From Eledone cirrhosa (taxonomy: Eukaryota): DNA of 64,000 nt. Within the stretch, counting starts at the first letter, position 1; every line of letters begins with the position of its first letter. Location: NCBI GenBank assembly GCA_964016885.1, contig OZ024746.1, forward strand, positions 35,278,001 to 35,342,000. The letters run 5' to 3'. Shown here piece by piece: positions 54,475-64,000 of this stretch. Made by a program: the position numbers and the translations under genes. The notes under the pieces were generated by a model. That model ran no database searches. It saw only the letters and a list, made by a program, of their open reading frames with translations, and had not been told where the DNA came from.

Positions 54475-57259
54475 CTCACACACCCATATATATATATATA
54501 CAATGTGTGTGTGTGTATGTATATATAGATATATGCGTGTGCGGTGATAGAGAGAGATATAGCATGAGGGAGAAACAAACCTTCAGCTTCAATTTCTGGT
54601 GTAATTGATAGGAATTGTTAGTGTGAAAAAGAAACATCTCTCAGAGCTGGTGAATTAAAATCTGTGTTTGTGGGGGCATGGGGTGGCTTTTCGTAATGCA
54701 CTGTTTTATTTATATATAGAAAGAGTTGGGAGAGAAGTGGGATCTCTGGATAGAATTTTAGTGTTATTTCATTTTGTCATGATAGGAGTTTGGAATAAGC
54801 AATGAAAGGAGAAAGCATAAAATATATAAAATAAAACCATATATAAGATGATAAAACATCAAAGTAGGTTTCTTCCTGTCTACAGATTAATCCTGCTTTC
54901 TTCTTTTCTAACCTACCCCACTACCATACTCCTACTAAATAAAATCCTGTAAAAGGTTAGGGTCCTGGTTTGGTTTATGTGCTGTCATCTGAACATAAAG
55001 ATACTAACATCAACTAACTACTAACATCAACACACACACCACTACCACAACAACAAAGTTGGGGTTGATCTGCAAGATGAAATAGTAGTAAAATTCCTGG
55101 GTAAACCACTCCCTACTGCCATAAATAGAAAACAAAGAAACCCATACTAGACTCCAAACACAAAGTTATGTTACAAAGGTTAGAATGCTTGTCTGATTTA
55201 TAAGCTGTAGTCACATCCATCCTGTAAACCTTTTTATACCAAACCACCCCTGGTTCTGTGATTTAAAACTCTTTGTTTTTAAGTGTTTATATTTATCTAA
55301 AAAAAAAAACTGCCATTAATATTTTGTGTAGGAACTTTTGTGAAAGTTAGTTATATTAATAAATCGTAACTTGTAATTTTTTTTTTTTTTTAAATGATTT
55401 AAAAATAAATATATTAATGAAAACATTAACACTATCAATAATAAAGGGAACCGTTTTTGTGCACTGTTTCCTCTTACTAGAAACAGCAAACAAATTTCAT
55501 TCTATTGTCTTAAAAACAAGGAATTTCATATTGGATAATGTAAACCTGAATACACTGTCTGAAGAAGAAAAAGGGCACTAACGTAACTTGTTTTTGAACT
55601 TCTTCCTTGGTGTCTGGAAAACAAACTATTTCTCATTCTGCTTTTTCTTCTGCTACTATAATTGCCCTTGCTGGCTGGTCTCCTAGCACCTTTATCCTGA
55701 CCCACATGCTTTCCTTTTTATCACCACATGTATAGTGTTTACACTCATTCCTGTTCAAACAGGCACCACTTTAACCTCTATCGCTAGTGTTTCTTTCCCA
55801 GAATTTTGGCTCTCTGGAATTACCTTGTTGCAGGTTATTCTTGTAGCTGTCAACATGTAAATGTTCATGAAGAATGTTACCTGTTTTAAGTCTCACCTTG
55901 ATCGCATAGGCTCTGTGAATTTATAGGCACAACTCATTTTCCAATCAATACAATAGGCATTTAAAAAAAATCTCTCCTTATCCAATGTTTTCCTAGAGTT
56001 GTTCATGAACATCTACCAGGTTGAACTTGTAACCAAACCATCAAAAACACAAACGGAAGAATAAACAACAAAATTACTTTCACCATCACAATTAAATCAA
56101 TGAAAGAACTTTTAGGTAGTTGCACGAACTGTTAGAAAGAGCAAACAAATATCTCTCAATCCACATCCTACAGCTCTAAACATGGACATGCTGCATAATG
56201 TATTCCAGGGCAGTCATGTTTTGATTAAATATTTATTTGTTCAAGACAAACTTGAAGGAAAACACTAGTGAGATTATCGGACTTGCAATAACAGCCAAAC
56301 CTACATGAATCTCACCTTATTCTGTTAAAAAAGAATAATATAGATCATCTGGATTCATAGATATGCCCACCAACTATCATACCAAGAATTACAACATTTT
56401 TCTGGCTGGAATTCACTTAATCAGAAATGACCTGGGTTAAACAACAAGTGCATTTAATCTCTCACAGACATTCTGTCTTCATTTATATAGAATAAATCAA
56501 ATTCTTCAATATTATGTTTACCATTTTGACACCATCTCATATCCACAGTGTGTCACCTCATCTGCTAATCTAGTTTACATATCATCTTCTCTGGATATTA
56601 TACTGCTTATCATCTAGTCTTCTCCTCACATCATTTAGTCTGTTTCTCAGCTAGTCTGCTTCTCATCTTAACTATGCAAATTCTCTAATCAACATCTACT
56701 CTGTATATCAGCTAGTCTGATATCTAGTCTGATTCTCTTAGTATCTAGTCTGATTCTCTTATTTATTCTGCTTCTACTCTAATTTACTTCCCATCTCATC
56801 TCTTGCACATCTCAACTTTTCATCATCTGGTCAGCTTCTCATCTATTTAACATCCTATTTGATATCATCGTGTCTGCAGAGCTTTCTAAACATTCATGAC
56901 ACATATTACATAAATATAGTTTTTCATCTTTTGCAGCTTATTAACCAAGTTTAGTTAGCAAAAAAAAAAAAAAAAAACACAATATGAACGAAGTTAATAA
57001 ATAAACAAATAAATAACATCCACTTCACCAGCCACCTGTTTAATTGTCGGCAGTTTTCAGATCCCATATCTAATTCACAGCCAAATATCTATAGAGATTG
57101 AGCTAATTTGAGTAATTGTAGACACACTTCTGGTCTTGTCTTCACCCCATGGCCTGTGGTCTATTGGGATTTAATTATATTATTCAATTCATCCAAATGC
57201 TTGATTATTTTCTAAATAGGCTTATTAACTGCTTAATGAACACAACCACAATGATATGG

Positions 57260-57545
57260 CCTGCAAGTGGAAGAGCCGAACTCTTACTGTCATCGCCTCC
57301 ATCTCTCTTGCCTTCCCCATCTCTCTGTATAGTGAGCAAATGGGGCCCCATGTGCTAGCCTCCCCACAGCCCCAGCAGTCAGAATGGAGAAGGCGTTTCC
57401 CCGAGAGGATGGTAAGGGGATGCGCTGGAAGAGCTATTCCAACTTGCTAGGCTCACACCTGCGGCTGGCCAGCTCAGCACCTATGGTGGTGAGTAGGGAG
57501 GTAGCCCTAGGGCCAAGGACACCAGAAGTCTCCACTGTAGTCTAT
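57260..57545 (-). pseudogene. 3' fragment of a CRE-like (restriction-like endonuclease) non-LTR retrotransposon
   Basis: Minus translation VETSGVLGPRATSLLTTIGAELASRRCEPSKLE*LFQRI...RGNAFSI matches the ET.G..GP...LFQRxS.AI.RGNA C-terminus of CRE-clade elements. Confidence 0.75.
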
Positions 57546-58456
57546 TTTGACACTCACATATTCTAACAAAGGCACTTATTTTCCCTTTAATATTATCATT
57601 TCAAAAATATAATCGTGTAAGATTATTCTGCTTGTGTGTGTATGTGTATGTGTAAATTGACATGGTGGTGAGTAAGTCTGTTTTGTATGTCAACCTTTAA
57701 CTGTATGTTTAGATTTAGGTATGTATCTGTCTATGTGTAAGTTTCTGTGTTTGTTTTGTGGTAAGCTATCTATTAAATATATTCTGACCAAGTTCCTTTG
57801 ATGTGAGTTTTTATTTGATGGCCTGAAGAATTAAGATAAGATAAAAGTCCTGCTGAATCAAATACTTAAACAGAGATTCATCATTATAGGTAAAAAAAAC
57901 AAAAAACATTCTCTGATAAGTTATTGATACTGATGTCATTCCACCAAGAATCAGGTGAATAGACTAACAAAATACTGATATATACTTAAGTACATGTGAT
58001 TTGTATGTATGTAAATATGTATTTGTGTGTGTGTGTGTGCGCGTATATATATATATGAGATACAAAGCAGGCTCTGTTTACAAACAACTAGCAAATTTGA
58101 AAATTTTAGATGCTGAGCTGGCCCTTATTTGACTAAATAAAAGTAGTTTATTGGTTGGGATTTTATAAAACACTCTGAATGGAAAAAAGAATGAGTATTG
58201 ACATAGATAGGACATGAACCCACATAGTTGCCAACACAGCAAATCTCCCTCTCGACACTCTTCCACAAATATTGTCTAAAAAAGAGGCAAGCTTATATAT
58301 ATGCTTCTAGATACTATACTTGTTTACATGTCATGAGACTTGAAAAGTTGATAACTTCATAATTTCAGAATTAAAAAAAAAAAAACCCCCAAACCCCTCC
58401 ATCATAAAATTACTTAGTTATTTCATATGTTATCTGCTTAGTTTTTGGATTATGTG

Positions 58457-58496
<40 letters not shown>

Positions 58497-60097
58497 AATG
58501 TGTGTATGAGTGTGTGTATCTACACATAGATAAGTCACACCCTCTTTGTGTTAATAATATTTTGTCTTTGTTATTCAATATTTCATATGCAGAGCCAGGT
58601 TCAGTAGATAAATCATATTTAGCTTTTCACACCCAATTATTTTAGTAAAGGACTGTGGCTTATCTTCGGATGTTTGTTTATATACACACACACACACACA
58701 CATATACATACATACATATATATATATACATATATACACACACATACTTACACACCCCGATGAGTGGGCTTCATGTGTGTGGGTGATTATCTAAAGTAGA
58801 CAACAGTCTAAGAAATAGCTTTAATGCTAAAGCCAATAATGTAAGACAGACCAGACATAATTTATCAAACTGACAGGAATTTCTTCCTTTGCAATTTTAC
58901 ATCTTTATCAGTATCTCCAGGGAACCTGTGCAGTGAGTTGCAGCAATGGTAGTGGCTGCAATAAATTCCCCTTGCTGTATAATTATGCTGTCCCTTTGCG
59001 TTCTGAGTTTAAAATTCCACTGTGGCTAAGTTCACTATGTTGCTGTTATTTTCTTGTTGTTTAGCCCTTGGTCAGTCCTGTTAAAGCGGCAATATAGCTG
59101 TGGCTCTCTTGTCACTTTGTACAATTCATTTTAGACTGTAAATTGTACTTCTGGTGGATATTTGGCTGTTATTTCTAGCAGGTCAGGTGACATTATTTTG
59201 CAACCTTACCTTTCACACACTCAATAATAGCAAGTACTTAGATGTGTATTGGACTTCATTCAATTAATTGTATTCTTCAATGCAAAAAATTGTGGCTTTG
59301 GGCAAAAGTCAAAATACACCTCATCATCCACTCTTTCTCTGCCAACATAAAATTACCTCATAAAAATTTATCTTTAAATTATTTATTTGGTAATTTGTTT
59401 CAGTTCACCTATAGGCCAATCATTGGTTTACATTATTTCTGATGGCAAAATTTATGAGGGAGTGTTTGTAATTTGATGCAGAGCAAATATTTCTAAAGTG
59501 CAATTTTTTAAATTTTCTTGCCAATATTTATATCAGCAAGAGAACTACACATTTACACATACATAAATAGATGTATTCATTATATATATGTTATATATAT
59601 ATATAGTCACCAATGTGTTACTGCTGCCTCTTTATCATGATTCATTTTTTTATGTTCATTCTGAGACAATTGTCTCTTTCACCATTCCTCATATTCTAAA
59701 AAGTAGTGATGTGATCAACTTATCCACATTGACTTTAATCCAATTTGTCTCTATCACTTAGTCTTGGTCTACTATAAGCACACCCATTATTTCTTTCTTC
59801 AGGTATCATCTTCCTAACCATGTCCACATGTTTTTACATTTTTGACATCTCTTGTATTCTTTTCATAGGCTGATTGCAAAGACTTTCCTTCAAATCTGGC
59901 CTTCTGTTTTGTAGCTATTTCAATTTCCTTTTTATTTGAATCACCCTTTCCTTAGTAAATCCATTCTTTTATGACCACCTTTAACACCTTTTCTTAATTT
60001 TTTTTTCTAAGTAACACCCTCAAGCTTACTTCTTCAACTGAAACTATCTCTTCATTGCTGATCAATTCTTATCTGCCTTCTCCTTTTTACTATTATT

Positions 60098-60720
60098 GGT
60101 AGATTGGCAGTATTGTTAGAGCATCGAACACCATGCTTTATGGCATAGAGTTACAGCCCATTACATTCTGAGTTCAAATCCTGCTTGGGTTAGATTTGCC
60201 TCTCATCCCTACGAGGTTGATAAAATAAAGCACCAGTAACGTACTGGAGTCGATTTAATGGACTTTCCTCGCCCCCTAAAATTGTTGTCCTTGTGCTTAA
60301 ATCAGATGGTGGATTTGCAGTATCAGTAGTGGCAGACACCATACTTTGCAGCATAGTTATGGCCCTTTACCTTCTGAGTTCAAATCCTGCCGAGGTTAAC
60401 TTTGCCTTTCATCCTTACCAGGTCGATAAAATAAAACACTAGTAACATACTGGGATCGATTTAATCGACTTTCCCCTCTCCCAAAATTGTTGGCTTTGTG
60501 CCTATAGTAGAAACCATATTAGCATAGGGTGGTGGATTGGCAGTATTGGTAGAGGGTCGGACGCCATGCATTGACATATAGAGTTACGGCCCTTGCCATT
60601 CTGAGTTCAAATCCCGCCAAGGTTAACTTTGCCTTTCATCCTTACGGGGTCGATAAAATAAAGTACCAGTAATGCACTGGTTAATTGCTGGCCTTGTACC
60701 TAACGTAGAAACAATTATTA
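60098..60720 (+). mobile_element. Three head-to-tail SINE S1 copies
   Basis: Heads ggt(a/g)gatt(g/t)gcagtat at ~60098, 60308 and 60531, each followed by ctgagttcaaatcc. Confidence 0.85.
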
Positions 60721-61411
60721 GTGAATGTAAATTGATGATGATGATGGTGAGGAAAGGGGAAGGTAGAATTGGACAAGTGGTCTAGTTTTATTTAACTAGG
60801 ACCCTTTCAAAGTTGTCATAGCTTGTCATCCCAGGGGGGTAGTGAACACAAATATCAGTCAAGTACTATGGGTCATTTTATTGGATTATATTACTCCAAC
60901 CATAAAACTATTTATTTGGGTTCCTGCATTAGAATCTATTGTTATCCTTTTAGTTATTGTTTATAGTGATCAAAACCCTTGAAATAGATGTTAGGTGTCT
61001 ATAAATATAGTAAATAAGGTCAGCTATAGATTTTTTCTAGCTTAAGAAAGGTTAGAAAAATATTGACAGATGTGTGGGGTTGTGTGAGGGTATGTGAATT
61101 ATCAAAAAATATTTACAGTACCACCATGGTATTTGTCCACACTACTGAATGCCATCTGTGAACACACACACACACAGACACACTATTTTTCAATGTTTCC
61201 AGTCAAATAAATGCCTAAATCACTTGTGAAATTTACTGGTTAACCAGATCTCAAGTGTGTTTTTGAATGTATGATACTGTGTATGCAATGTGTATTTGTG
61301 TGTATGCAGGGATACACACAAAATTGTGTACTGATATCTGCATACAAATGTATGCATAGAGTGATTATTATTATTACTATTATTATTATTATCATCATCA
61401 TTGGATAATAA

Positions 61412-61755
61412 GGGTGGTGCATTGGCAGTATTGGTAGAAGGTCGGATGTCTTAATTTGCAGCATAGAGTTATACCCCTTTATGGTCTGAGTTCAAATAAT
61501 GGTGAGGTTAACTTTACCTTTCATCCTTACGGGGTCGATAACATAAAGCACCAGTAATGCACTGGGATAATTGCTGGCCTTGTGCCAAAAGTAGAAACAA
61601 TTATTATTATTATCATTAGGGTGGTGTACTGGCAGAATCATTAGAGGGTAAGACAATATGCCTTTATGTATTTAGTTTCAGCTCTTTACATTTAAAGTTC
61701 AAATCCAGCTAATGTTGACTTTGCATTACCTGACTCAGGGTTTAATAAAATAAAT
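61412..61755 (+). mobile_element. Two adjacent SINE S1 copies
   Basis: Heads gggtggtg at 61412 and 61619. Confidence 0.75.
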
Positions 61756-63513
61756 TATGCTTACTGCTGAAGTTATTGATATTATTATATTCTGAGTTAA
61801 AATCCCACCAGTGTTAATTGTACTTATATCATTGATCAGAGGTAAATTAAATATCATTAATATAACAAAGTGGCTTATTCAACTGTAACCATACCCACTA
61901 AATCTAAAGCAGCATTCCATTGCAAGTGATGATCTTTTGTTTATTAAAGTGAAGAGGCAATCTTTCATTCAACATCACCCAGGGATGTGCTCGCTAGAGA
62001 AAATTTGTGTGTGACATCACCTAGATCTACAAAGACAAATTGATGCAAGACTTTAGCTACAGATTCATTTTCTCATAAAACATTTGTATGATAAACAAAG
62101 AAAATTTGATATTATCCTATGTTTCATTTCTCTACTGTTGAAAATGTCAAGTATTTTGTATAGCACTCTAAGCAAAAAGCAAGGGAGAGAAAAATATCTT
62201 GCTATTCAGTCATGAAACAGGTTTTTTTAAGACCATCTTAACTTGCTAGAGCAGGAGTTACCTCTTTAGCATTCACATTACTCTATATTTACTATTGTAT
62301 TTTCACAGTGAAGGCTTTACCTCACATAATATCAAAGCTATGAAGTTTTGATGTTATTTATTTTGAGAACAATACCTTAACATTGGTATGTGTGGCTTGT
62401 TATGGCCAGTTTGAACAGAAAAAGGTGAAAGAATTCTGGCCAGTTATGACTGGCTCAAATGCTAAATGGTTAAACTTGCAACCACTTCATAGGTTCCATC
62501 ATCATCATTATGGAGTCCTTTTTGAGGCAATGTATTATTGTCAGATACTCTTCCTTGTGCTAAACCTTTTAGTGACCTTTTATGACATGGAGGGATATAT
62601 TAGAGTGTACCAGATCTTAAGCAACTAACTACATAGGATAATTTTAATGAAAAATGAATGTCGGTTATTCAGTTCACATGAAAATGTCTTGGGGTTTCTA
62701 CCTAAGAAAAAATGTTTACAAACGTAAAGGTTTGGGATGTTTGTTTGTTTCATTTATTTATTGTTGGACTTTTTTTTTTCTTTTCCTTTCCTTTCTTTCC
62801 TAAATCGGTAATGATCCTTCTCCCTCTAAGTAATTGTGTTTGGTCGTCAAACCAGCCTGCTGGCCAACATATTATTCCACCACACACCTGTGAATTCATG
62901 GCCCTGATCCAAAGACCTTACCTAGGAACTTTGAATAAAAAACACACAAACATCAAGTATGTACCAGCTTCACCTCACCCCCATTCAGTACACCTCCCCA
63001 TCCATGTCCTCAGACATAGTGGCTTACACTTAGCTAGGAACTTCTCTTGTGTTTGTAACACTTAGAAGAGAGCATCTGTGTTGCTCCTTCCTGACATAAA
63101 GCCAAACTGCATCTCATCAAATTTGACCTTTTTATAATTAGTTGTGCCAGCACTCTTTCTATGTGTAATGCTTCTCTAATTACTCCATTCTAGAACGTCG
63201 CTTGTTCTGTTGTTAATGACTATACTACCAAATATATAATCAACTGAATTACACCCCACCACCAAAATAAAAAAAAAAGCTGACCTTGTTCTTATCTTAG
63301 AAATCCTTATATCTGTGATTAAGGAAGCACAGAGAATATCAAAAGCTCTTAATTTGGCAAGCAAAATATCTTGCAGTAAATTTTAATTCCCTCCCATGTT
63401 CTAATTTCAAAATACTTTGCATTCTGAATTCTAAAATGAATCGACTATATATAAATACATGTGCATATATATACACACACACACACTCACACACGTGTGT
63501 GTATGTATGTATG

Positions 63514-63548
<35 letters not shown>

Positions 63549-63549
63549 T

Positions 63550-63893
63550 AGAAAGTAAGATTTTTTTTACAAAATGAAAAATAACCGAGGTGTCCTACAC
63601 AAGTGAAAGTATAAAGAAAAAGAGATGAAATCGAAAATGCAACTGGAGTCTTATTTTAAAAAAAATATATAAATTTATTTGGTTCCTTTACCGATTTCGC
63701 AGTTCTTCTGCTTTTCAAAAGTAGAGTTGAGATGGAGGGTCTGTGGTTTTTCTCACTGTGAGAAAAACCACAGACCCTCCATCTCAACTCTACTTTTGAA
63801 AAGCAGAAGAACTGCGAAACTGGTAAAGGAACCAAATAAATTTATATATTTTTTTAAAATAAGACTCTAGTTGCATTTTCAATTTCATCTTTT

Positions 63894-63899
<6 letters not shown>
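63550..63899. mobile_element. Family E palindromic module, copy 2
   Basis: ~130-bp inverted arms centred at 63757 (ctcac-t-gtgag); TA tracts on both sides. Confidence 0.85.
63791..63830 (+). ncRNA. Minimal hammerhead, U3-A8 variant (mirror at 63684-63723, minus)
   Basis: TACTT TTGAAAA GCAG aagaa CTGC GAAA CTGG TA AAGGA. Confidence 0.65.
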
Positions 63900-63941
<42 letters not shown>

Positions 63942-64000
63942 CCATATTCTGCCTTGTTTGCTTTTTTTTCTTGTGCACTATACATCTAAATCTCTCTCCT

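Noticed and set aside
60595-60625. gagttcaaatccc as tRNA genes
   Set aside because: B-box of SINE heads; no cloverleaf, and followed by SINE body

Overview
AT-rich, microsatellite-dense animal genomic DNA; the repeat content suggests a cephalopod such as Octopus (inference). No intact host protein-coding gene is recognisable, and nearly all listed ORFs are microsatellite artefacts. Recognisable content: a young 5'-truncated, frameshifted RTE-clade LINE (32.1-35.25 kb, minus; APE + RT + PHD-like finger), older RTE, L2/CR1-like, CRE-like and mariner relics, many tRNA-derived SINE copies, and large (TA)n/(TATG)n arrays. The main finding is at least eight families of 0.1-1.2 kb non-coding modules inserted in (TA)n tracts. 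They occur as partial tandem dimers or long fold-back palindromes and carry hand-foldable hammerhead ribozyme (HHR) motifs, as expected for non-autonomous Penelope-like elements or retrozymes. The HHRs include minimal type I forms, U3-A8 core variants, and one family (4 copies, 12.1-14.7 kb) whose catalytic strands are in a non-canonical, pseudoknotted order supported by covariation. All folds were done by eye and are untested; coordinates of degenerate repeats are approximate.
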